This document shows, piece by piece, positions 1 through 10,978 of a DNA stretch of 64,000 nt. The notes under the pieces are model-generated. The model was not told the origin of the DNA, made no database searches, and saw nothing but the letters and a program-made list of their open reading frames with translations. The DNA lies in assembly GCA_043228905.1 (NCBI GenBank), contig JBHGNT010000018.1, positions 12,338,001-12,402,000 of the forward strand. Direction: 5' to 3'. A program made the translations under genes and the position numbers. Source of the DNA: Azolla caroliniana (Eukaryota > Plantae > Polypodiophyta). Within the stretch, counting starts at the first letter, position 1, and every line of letters starts with the position of its first letter.

Positions 1-3000
1 AATTCATCACAAAAATTTACATTTGAATAATATTGACAAGTGGGACAAGTTTCCACATACGTTTTTATTTGCTCATAGTATCGAGGCCACCAAACTATTC
101 TTTAATCTTACTGAAAGTGGCCCACACTCCTCGATGACCAGCCCATTCTTTGTCATGCAGCTCTCTGATTATCTCCTTTCTTTGCGCTTCAGAACCTATT
201 ACTCTTTACGGGTTTCCAGTCTTGGTTTTTGGATGTCGCCATAGATATCCTTCATGCAGGAAGAACTTATGGGCTTTCTTGCGAAACTGTGAGAACTCTT
301 TTCCCGATGGACCTTTGTACTTGTTAGGGGTTTGTAGGTATTTCCCTATTTCCTTGAATTCTTCTTCATACTCCTCTTCTAGAAACAACATTCCTCCTTC
401 CTGGGTAATGCTTGTGGTAAGGACTGTTTATTCTTTGTCCTCATCGTCCAAGTCTGGAATCTCCTCTTCCTCATACCGTGCTCTTGATAACATATCTGCT
501 ACTGCATTTCTATTACCAGAGATATGTCGAACTTCAGGGTTGACTAATCTAATATAGATACACCATCTTAACATGGCTTGATCTAGAATATCCCAATTAG
601 CTACGATACCAAGAATAGGCAAACAATCTATTTCTATTATTACTTCAGCACCAATTAAGTAATCTCTATTTGTCTTAACTGTTGTTACTACCCCCCCCAT
701 AGCTCTCTTTTGACCTGTGCATATTTTCTTTGTCAACCACTAAGAACCTTCACTCTGAATCGGATTGGATACCTTTCTTCCCCATCTTCTTGGTTTATCA
801 CCCATCTAATTCCAATGGGACTGGAGTCTACTGTGAGATATATGGGCCAAGTGTAGTCAGGTTGCTTTAATGGTGGAGCTTGTGCCAAGTAAGACTTCAA
901 TTTCCTCATTGCCTCCGAATGCTTTTCACTCCATTCAAATGTTTCTCCTTTTCTTAGGAGTCTGTATAAAGATTCAAATAAATGGGCATAATGCGGAATC
1001 CATCTACAATAAAAAACACATACCCCCAGAAACCTTCGCGCTTCTGAGATGGATGTACATTCCTCTTGCATGTTTTGAATTGCATTGACCTTGGTGGGGG
1101 ATGGCTTTCTCCCATACGGGCCACACAGATGACCAACTATTAATATCTCTTTTGCCCCAAATATTGATTTCACCCCTGATAAGGTTAAATGCACTTCTTC
1201 CATCCTTGATAGTATCTTCTCACAATCCTTGATATGGTCGACAACAAATTGTCGGCAACCATCTTCATCCAATTCCTCATTCTTCTCTTCCTCCTTGCAT
1301 CCCTTGATCGGAACATCATCTAAAAAAGGCATTGTGATATGAGGAATAAAATCACGAAGTACCTTGTTCATTCCATTCATCATATGCGGCACTGAGTTGG
1401 TCACTCCTTGCGGCAAGATACATATACGTACTAACCCTATAGGTGTCTTGATAGAAATAATATCTCGACTTTTGATAGCAAGTTGAAATTGATCGTACCC
1501 AGAATAAAGGTCTCCCATTGAATATATAGCTCTTCCCGCAAACATCTCAACAAACTCATCTACAATTGGCCCTACTCCTGAGTTTCGGATTGTTACCTTA
1601 TTCATGGGTTGCATATCTTGGATAAATCAGAGCCGTCCATCTTTCTTTAACACAGTGAACCATCGACTCGAGTAAGGAGCGTTCGATGGTTCCAAGATAC
1701 CCATCCTTATCTTTTCTTTCAGAAGTTCTAATAGTTGAGGGACTCTAGCCCTAGGCATGGGTATTGGCTTAAAGTTCCATGGAATATGAGGGATAGTAAA
1801 TATAACCATGGGCTCTACAATTCCTGGATCCACACACCCTATTTCCTCAGGTTGGAATGCGAACACCTTTCCATGCCTTTTTAACATCTCCCTAAATTGT
1901 TTTTCTTCAACTGGTAATAGGAAGTCACCCCCTCCTATTTTCATCCCTTGTATTGTTTCTGGAGTAAACACATGTCCCACCTTTCGTGGGTATCTAATCA
2001 TTGGCTCTGTGGCTGCCTCTTTGATTGCCCTTTCACTATCCCTAGGAAGTGGAACAGCAATAGGACGAACCTTCTTCTCTACTATTTTGTACTTTATTAA
2101 GACATGTGCATCATGATCCTTTTGAGCAACTTCTTCAATGACCTCGTACATCTTGATCGAATGGATAGGAACTTGACTTTTGTTGTCGTCCTCCATTGTT
2201 TCCAGATGAGTTAATTCTTAATTCTTCAAAACTTAATTCTTCAAACATATCCTGAATTTCTTCATCATCATCTATTAATCCAGAACACTTGAAGTACTCG
2301 GAAACATTTTGTATTTTATTATTATCTACTTTTAGCATAAAAGTAGCACCACTAGATGAGATTGTACAAGGAATATCTTTATTTACATTATTATTTATGG
2401 GGTTTTCTTTCATGTTCGGGCTATCACAGCCCTTACTTGTAAAAGCCCTATCTAAAAATCCTGGGAAAATTCTTCATTAACATCCCGAACTAGATGTTCC
2501 CTCAAGCATGCTTTATTTCTTTCATGGTTGGGCCTCATGGTTAAGAATTGGACTATCTTTCTTCCATCTTGACTCTTGATTCTCACGAAAGCCGAACCAT
2601 CATCAATCACCTTTGTTTCCATCTTGACTGTGGTGATGTAAGGCTGACCAAGGATGACGGGGTAGGTTGATCGATCCTGCACAAAGAAATTTTGATTCAC
2701 CGACACATCACCAATTGTTACCTTCACATTGGGGCATGCTCCAAATAGATCCTCCATAGTCTCTGTGGCAGCTCTTATCTTCCACCCATGATTTTTGTCA
2801 ATCGGCCACCATCCTTGAGCGTAAAATTCCAACGACATCATGTTAATCTCGGATCCATGATCGATCAACCCAATACATGGAATTTGTTGCTCCCCAATTT
2901 TTGCAAGTGCCTCCGTTGTTGCTCGAGCCCAATGGTCCCTTGTATAGTGACTCCTATCCTCTTCATGAATCCCAACGTCATTTCTGATTTTTACACTTGC

Positions 3001-5593
3001 AGCGTTAATGGTACCACCATACAAATCTCGAAGTGTTGCTGCACACCCTCCCGTAACTTCCTCCGTCACCTGTCTCTTTCTTCTAATAATATCTATGATA
3101 ACTTTATGAAATTCTTTCTTTGCTATACCCAATACTTCTCTTAAAGTAAATTCTACCTTACTATTTAATATTCTTGTTTCTAGTACCTTTTTTATATCCG
3201 TCGTTGTTTCTATATCTGAAGCAAGCTTGAAAGATGGGCCTGTCTTCCCTTTTACTCTATCAGCTTCCTTCGTCTCAGGATCACCCTTTTCCATATCCCT
3301 TCTCTTTTGTTCTCGTGTCTCATGTTTCTTTGCCGGATTAGCCTCCTCAGCTCTCTTTCTCTTCTCTTCCACTAGTACCTCTTGTGCATTCACTTGGGTG
3401 AATGCTGATAGTGTGTCTACTGGATCATTCCATCCAGTGAAGTTCCATATTTCATCTCCTGCTCTTTTTAATTCATCCACTCGAACCTTCCCTTTTCTTG
3501 CATAATCCATCACATCTTGCCAAAAGCCAGATCCACCATATGAGTCTTCTACACGCAACCCTAACATTGCGACAGATTGTATCGCTTGAGTTGTTTCTCT
3601 CTCGGCATCTTCCATTAGCTTTTTCATTCCACCTCGCCCGCCCGAAGTTGAGTTGAAGTGGTTGTCGAGTCTCTTACCATCATGATAATAGATTTTATCA
3701 TGATTAAGAGCATCCCTATGTTCTTGACAATCTTTCTTTTGATTGTCGATATTGTCACACCACATACACCTTCGGACCATTCCACCTCCTTGCCTTGACG
3801 AAGTTGAGCTTTTTCCAGATTCTAGCTTTGTCACTTTGATCGACAAGTCTTTCATGCCTTTCACCAGCTCCTGCAAGAGTGGATCTTCTATTTTCTTCTC
3901 TCCTGAGTTGTTTCCTATTTCGTCTCCCTTCCTCTCAGGCAACTCCATAAACCATAACTTTCTTTTACAAAAATGGTTGCACACCCTTTTCACCTCCTCC
4001 CAGTCTTCGGTAAGTCCACTTGGATTATTCTGATCTTCCAGAAGCATTCCCAAGTCCTTCCTGTCTTTAATATTAGTGGCTTGTAGAAACAATATTATTT
4101 TACCTGGCATTATTATATTTCTATCCCTAACATTTAATTGCTCAAATCTTTCTGAAAATTCTTTTAATACTTCCAAAACACTTAAATGTTTATCAAACTC
4201 TACCCAATCCATGAAAGCTCGCCTTGTCATCCTTGAGATATCATTGAGGTTGTATTCATTCAATAATGCTCTTTTGAAAGTCGCCCATGTCTAATGCTCC
4301 CTTTGTAGCCCTTGGATCTTCTCTTGTAGCCCAATCACAGCGACTCGACTAAAGCTATTAATTTTTGCAGCTTCATCGACACCACATTTAAGCATTTCTT
4401 CATTGTAAATCTTCAGATATCTTGTTAAATTTATACCTTCAAAGATTCCTACTCGTGCAAAAATATTGTCGACCGCTTTGTCAATGCTTGTCATCATCCC
4501 TTGCTCTTGCATCACTCGTTCCATCATCGTACACATAAGCCTCATTTGCTCCTCCATTTCTCCTTGTCACCGCCTCCACATCGGGTTCACCAAATGTGTC
4601 GGGGTAATTGTGATTCGTGCAGCGAAGTCACAGGGACTAAGGTTTAAGGGGAGTTGAAGAAACTTTTATGAAGCTTGCGCAAAAATGTTAGGAAGATTAA
4701 GGATAAGAAGAATAAGAGTTAAAAGTATTGTGTGACAAAGAGACAAGCATAGATTAGAGACAAAGACCATATATGACTTAAGAAGCAAGAGTATATGATA
4801 TTAACATGATTTATATTAAGAATATAAGATTTTACCACAAAGATTCAGGATAGCAGGAATAAAAGTTGAAAGTAATGTATGAGAGAGAGATGAACAAGGA
4901 TGAGAGATAGAGACAATGTATGATTGAAAAGGTAAGAAAATATGATAAGAATATGTATTATATTAAAAACCAAAGATTGTACCAAAGTTACAATGTCGAT
5001 CACAAGATGCAACTTTTCTTTTAGTAAATTGTAGATTTGAACCCTTGACTCCAACCTCCAAACACAAGCCTCTTCCCAAATGAGCTAACTTGTTTGTTTG
5101 ATCATATTATTTCTCTAACTTTCTCTTCTTGATTGATTTCCCTCCCTTAATTGATTCCCCTCTTTTTATAGGTGCCCCCATGCAAATAATGCATGTGAGG
5201 GTAAAGATATGCATGCAACGCATGATCACCATTTGGCATTCATGCGTTACATGTGATGCATGATAGACATCTCGCTCATTTGAGCTTCCATGTATGAAAA
5301 TAGACATGGGATAAGTATAATGATGGAAATACATTCCAGAATAACTAACCTAGCTAAGTGGTGTATACCTTGTGCTTGGTATACAAGGTTGAGGGTTCAC
5401 GTCTCTCAATTTTGCTCAATACAATATTTAACTCATTATTATATCATGAAGAATACTTCTAAAAATAAATAGCCTAGCTTAGTGACATGTACATTGTATT
5501 TCATATATAAGTGTGTGGGTTCAAGTTTTTCAAATATTATTAAATACAATATTTAAGCTCATTTTTATATCTTGAAGCACATTCTTCACGGCA
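1..5593 (-). mobile_element. Ty3/gypsy LTR retrotransposon T1 (tRNA-Trp-primed, non-chromovirus), decayed, 3' part beyond the window edge
   Basis: 5' LTR 4597-5593 (minus strand TGCCGTGAAG...CCCCGACA) and PBS 4577-4592. Gag is 4557-4291; gag-protease is 4263-2452 (LIDHGSEIN). RT is 2196-733 (DLYSGYDQ, LPQG, FLDD) and RNase H is 736-428 (IDCLP, ADMLSR). Gypsy domain order, with stops and frameshifts. Confidence 0.93.
4577..4592 (-). promoter_or_regulatory. Primer-binding site, tRNA-Trp type
   Basis: Minus strand TGGTGAACCCGATGTG lies 4 nt after the LTR. It is complementary to the recalled plant tRNA-Trp 3' end (CACGTCGGGTTCACCA) with one mismatch. The same motif is at 57921. Confidence 0.85.
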
Positions 5594-6735
5594 CCGTCTC
5601 CTCGGTTCCTTGCGCAGGGTTAGCACGGTAGAATCTCCAGTACTCACTGATTCTTCATCCGACTGATCATTCCCACTCAGCCGGTCATTTAGCCAACTTA
5701 GCCGGAATGAGATCGGACTCGCATATAGAGTACCGAATTCCTCACCTTCTACTTGAACCTCTTCGGGTTCACTAGCCTCATCCTCCGGAGTTGGGTCTTC
5801 ATCAGGAGTTGGAGTCGGTAGAGAGTACTATGATGCTGACTCATCAAACTCGACATCTTGACTTACTCGGGCTTGTTTAGTGCGGGGGTTATAACACTTA
5901 TAACCCTTCTATTCATGCGAGTAGTCGACGAGTATGTCCTTCTCCAACTTCGGATCCAGCTTCCTCCATTCCTTATCCGGTACATGCACATATGCTATGC
6001 TACAGAATATCCGAAGGTGTTTTAAATTTGGCTTCTGTCTGAAATACAGCTAATGTGCTTACACCTTATCTCCGATCCGGTTTTGGATGTAGACGGCCGT
6101 TTGGACCGCCTCAGGCCAGTAAAACCTAGGCATGCTTTTCTCCTCCAGCATTTCCCTTACTACGTCGACAATCAACCCGTTCTTTCCATCGGCCACACCG
6201 CTTTGTTCCGATGTGTATCGGCAACTAAATTCTCTCCGAATTCTGTTTTATTGCAGATAACTATTGAATTGGCCGGAAAATTATTCTTTTCCCCCATCCG
6301 ACCACAGGCACTTGATCTTTCTTTCTGTTTCTCTCTCGACTAGGCTTTGTAGCTTCCAGAAACGGTTGAAGACTTCACTTTTCCTCTCAATGAGGTAGAT
6401 CCATGTGTGCCAACTGTAGTCGTCGATGAAGGAGATGAAATACCGACTCCCGCTAAGACTAACATTCTGTCTAGGTCCCCATACATCTGAATGGATTAAT
6501 TCAAGCTTGTTACAACTCCGATTTTGTTTGGTGGAGAATGGAAGCCGGTGTTGCTTCCGGAGTTGCCGGGCTTCACATATTTGGGCCTTCCGGCCACTGA
6601 ATTACGGCAATCTGAGAACAACCTGTTTCGATTGCAAGTCTTCAAGCCTCCAGTAGTTGACGTGGCCAATCCGCTTGTGCCAGAGATCAATGTCTGATTC
6701 AGTCTTCTGTCCTTTGGAAAACAAGGCAGTGCTGA

Positions 6736-7175
6736 TGTTGCCTCTCAGGAACACGGTCCATGGTCAGTCCGTCGACCTAGACCCCAAGGTGAGTGGGAAC
6801 AACGAATAGAGCTTAAGCGTACTGCGTAAGAAGAGAACTGTTGTGGTTCCTCCGTGTGTAAGGGGAGATGGCTACAACCGACTCCTTATCACAGGTTGCG
6901 CTTACGTACTACTACGCTTACGTATCCGAGACACAGACACTGAATTAGTCGTAGTTATACATAGAAACTTAGAGAAGATAGTATTCTATTATCAGGCGTT
7001 CTTTTACAATTCTCAAAATTTACACGCACCCCGTTCAGAGGTTTTTTTCCCTTTATATATGCAGGGTCTAATTAGTTGTTCACGCGGGGAAGCGTGAACC
7101 GTTACATACGTTACGCTTTGTATAGTTTCTTATTCATACGCTTTTGGCCGTCGGTTACTATTCCGGCAGACAACA
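6736..7175. mobile_element. Solo LTR (440 bp)
   Basis: TGTTG...CAACA termini with a perfect 5-bp TSD GCTGA (6731-6735 and 7176-7180). Copia A1 coding sequence resumes across it. Confidence 0.9.
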
Positions 7176-8210
7176 GCTGACGTCGTTGGTGTCGGGGATG
7201 AACATCCTCCTATCTCTGCGCCTTTATGTCAACTGCACCTGCATTTCTCTAGTCGACGATTTGTCTAACTGACACCAGGTTCTTTGTGATTGTCAGAACG
7301 TGTAGTACGTTCATCAGCCCCTTTCCGGTTTTCCCAGTTCTGGATCCTTCCGATTCTTCTGCGTAGTGCGAGCTTTACCGGTTTCCCTGTCCAGCCTTGC
7401 CGGATCCGGATTTGTCCGAATCAGCACACTTCTTCCAACACCTACTTTCTCTATGGCCTTTTGTGCCACAATACCAACATTCTGTGTTGGCCTTCCCTTG
7501 CCGGTTTCTAGCGCTATTTTGACTCCCCCTGCTCGTGGAGGGTCCGAAACTACTGTCGGCACTGTCTCGGTGCCTTTGATTTTGCTCTTGTCAGTCGCCT
7601 CCATTGCATTTCAACCCACTTTGTCCTCCACGCCCACGGGGCCGGTTTGCCTCCGTGGACAACATCTGGTTTTCTGGTTGATTGGTCCTCGACCCACTCG
7701 CGTAGTTTTCTTCGACCATAAGCATTAATTGCAAGTCGAATTAGGATGGTGGCTTCTCCAAGGTGCAAACCGCCATCCTGATTGGCCCATATTGTTGTGC
7801 TAGACCACCAATGCATATTTGTACCATTTCGTCTTCGTCCACCGTCACATTGATGGTGGTGTACTCCGTAACCAACATATCTCTTTGTCGGATGTTGTCA
7901 GCTCTTGCGAGAGCTGCAACTTATGAGTTGTGGTACTTGCTGGGAAAATCTTCCGAAGATTTTCCTAGGCCTCCGGTGTTTTTGCATCCTTGATGTAGCC
8001 GAGCATCTTATCGTGCAAACAAAATGCGAGGTAGTACAACACTCGGCTCATCCCTTGTTTCCATTTCGGGAAGACCTTATGTGTTGGCTCCGGCGCTACA
8101 TTGTTCGATCCTTCCACATAGCAGTAACAATGCCCCAGTAGGTACTGGTGCATTTTATATGACTAGGATGCATAGTTGCTCTTGTCGAGATTTTCTATGG
8201 GAAGCGAACT

Positions 8211-8451
8211 TGTTGGGAATTCGGTCCCTCCGGATGGGATCCGGATGAGAACCGGACAAGCCGGATTCGGAAGGGTTCCGAATAAGATACGGAAACCGGA
8301 TGGATCCGGTGCGAACCAGATCCAAGGACATATTTGTAAATATGTTAGGATAAGCCCACTGAGGCTATATTTGTAAATAGCCCAAAAGTCATATAAAGTA
8401 TAAATATGATTTATGACAATCACATTGTGTTGTTGTTATTACTATTTGTTG

Positions 8452-8495
<44 letters not shown>

Positions 8496-10200
8496 AAGAG
8501 CAATACTCTGTCCTAACCGCCGCTTGGCGAAGATACAGAGCTTGAGGTTGTTGCCTCCGAGTCTCTAATTGTAGCTTTCTCATACAGTGACAATTTGGAG
8601 TCTGGGGGCTCCCATGGTTTTTTCCCATCAAAGGTTTTCCGTGTTAACATCCTGTGTCCTCTTTATTTTATTTTTTCCTTCCATTCATTGTTTATGAATC
8701 AGTTGTGGCCGAGTGCCATTTTCCACACAATCTGGTATCAGAGCGAACAACATAGGCATGTTCAAGCTCACCGGCTCCAACTACTTAGTGTGGAAGTTAA
8801 AGATGAGGGACATGCTAGTGGTTAAAGATCTTTGGTTGTTGGTATAGTTCGGGGACAAGAAACTGGATAAGATCAATGCCGCGACATGGGAGGTGATGCA
8901 CATGAAGACGACGGCGTACATCCGGTGCTTCATCGACATAAGCCTGTATAACAACTTCAATGAAGAAAGTAAGGCCCATGAACTCTGGGAGAAAATCGAC
9001 ATCATGTTCCAGAACAAAAATGTCGTTAATTGGGTTTCGGTATTCTGGAAATTAGTTAGGCTTTGGTACCAAGACGGCTCTAGTATGGCAGAGCACATGA
9101 ATGCCTTCCAAGGGCTAATACAACAAGCCACCTCATTAGAAGTACCTCTCGCGGATGAGTTACTGGCAATACTCCTGCTCGGTTCCCTCCGGGATGGTTG
9201 GGAGATGTTAGTTGTCACGTTGGGCAATGTTGGGCTGGAAGGAAAGCAGTTGTCCCTAGCAAGGGTAAAATCAAGTTTGTTAGATGAAGAAGTTCGCCGG
9301 AAGGACCAAAAGTTCGGAACCGATCCGAAGGCCTTGGTCACTGAAGATGACCAAAACCAGGGAAAAGGTTAGTATTGGAGTCCCCAAAACCGGGACAAAT
9401 TGGGGACGAGGTTGGAGTCAAGGGGAAGGCCTACTTGCTTCTATTGTGGGAAGTCGGGGCACTTCTAGAAGAACTGTCGGCATTTCCGGAAAGAAAAAGG
9501 AACTGACACCATCGATCCGAAGAAGAGTTCAGATCGGAAAGGAACGTTAGTGATCACGACAAGTGAAGAAGAATTGATGCTCATTGCAGGGGAGAATGAC
9601 TTAAACCTTGTCGGCAACAAGACAACGTGGGTTGTCGATTCCGGATTGTCATTCATTTGACACCGGACTGGAAATGCTTCCTACATAGCCGGAGATCACA
9701 GTTTAGTCCGGATGGGGAATGAAGGTACATGCCGAATTGTCGGCATAGGAGATGTGTTGTTGACGACATCAACTGGATGCAAATTGCTTCTGAACGAAGT
9801 CCGACATGTTCCGGAGGTTCGGTTGAACATGATATCAGCCGATCGGCTAGATGATGAAGGCTACACGAGTAACATCCGCAACTGAGTCATGAAATTCAGC
9901 AAAGGAAGCATGATCGTGGCTCGAGCCCGGAAGATCAACACGTTGTATCTTATGCATGCCTGGATATGTCAGGAAGAAGTGAACATAGCATCCGACACTT
10001 CCGATGAGTTATGGCACAAGAGATTCTGTCATATGAGCCAAAAGGGGATGAAGAGACTTGTCAAAGATAATCTCATTCCGGTGAAGGACGTGCAACTTGA
10101 GAAGCACCACCGATGAGACGGAATGCAACATTGGAGCTGGTGCATACTGATGTGTGTCAAGTGGAGACGAAGTCACATGCCGGATCACATTTTCCGCACA
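8211..10200 (+). mobile_element. Ty1/copia element B1 (family B), internally deleted
   Basis: LTR 8211-8729 (TGTTGGGAA...CCACACA) and Met PBS 8733-8744. Gag has a CFYCGKSGHF zinc knuckle, followed by protease WVVDSG and LWHKRFCHMS. After the start of integrase the sequence jumps to the last few bases of an LTR (CATTTTCCGCACA). Confidence 0.85.
8455..8492 (+). repeat. (GA)n microsatellite within a copia B LTR
   Basis: Direct inspection. Confidence 0.95.
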
Positions 10201-10723
10201 ATCTTACCATACCTCTGTCCATCTCGGTTCTTTCCTATTCTTCACAGGGTGTTAGGGTTTTTCTTTGAAAGCGTCTGTCAGATGCAGAGGTTCTCAACCC
10301 TCGCGCTCTGATACCATGTGAAAGTTAATATGTGGTAGCGTATGACAAACCGGCTCAGCCGAATACCAACATAACGTAGAGAGAAAAAGGTTTAACAAAG
10401 AATGCACAAGAGAGATAGAGAGAGCAGAACATAAAACTCAATTCAAAATAATAACACTCTGTGTACATAGAATGTGCTTAGAGGGCACTTTTATTCAAGT
10501 CCATAAAGGACTAATATAAGTACTGACAAGTATGTCAATGCTCATACGAGCGACTGACATTGACTCCCAAAACTATGCCTACATACTAGGCTAGATCCGC
10601 AGGCCTCTAACGGCCTGCCGGTTTGAATCCAATTCGGCTCTTGGTTTCGGATACTATCCGAACACCAATCCGGCTCTAGCTTATTCAGCCGATCTGGATC
10701 CGGTTGAGCTTGCTTGCTCAACA

Positions 10724-10978
10724 TTAAGCAAAGAACAATTTCTGAAATTGAGAACCGAGAAGGTCGAGATATCAAAAGTTCCTTATGCCTCGGTAGTCAG
10801 AAGCCTGATGTACGCGATGGTATGTATCGGGCCAGACATAGGATACGGAATCAGCGTGGTTAGCCGATATATGAGCAACCCCGGAAGAGAGCATTGGGTT
10901 GTCGTGAAGTGGATACTTCCGTACCTAAAAGGCACCTCGAACGTGTGTCTTCGTTTCGGTTCGGGTAACCCCACACTC
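10724..10978 (+). mobile_element. Copia B0 fragment 1 (RT C-terminus)
   Basis: Reads KVPYASVVRSLMYAMVC...FGSGNPTL. The reading continues as EVYTDLDMS at 33765, after the B2 insertion. Confidence 0.85.

Larger units (their letters stand above)
5594..10723 (-). mobile_element. Ty1/copia element A1 (family A), fragmented by three nested insertions
   Basis: 5' LTR about 10317-10723 and Met PBS TGGTATCAGAGC at 10305-10316. Gag/protease/GAG-pre-integrase runs 8210-7176 and integrase 6735-5594. These pieces are colinear with the intact-order copy at 34559-40226. Confidence 0.88.
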
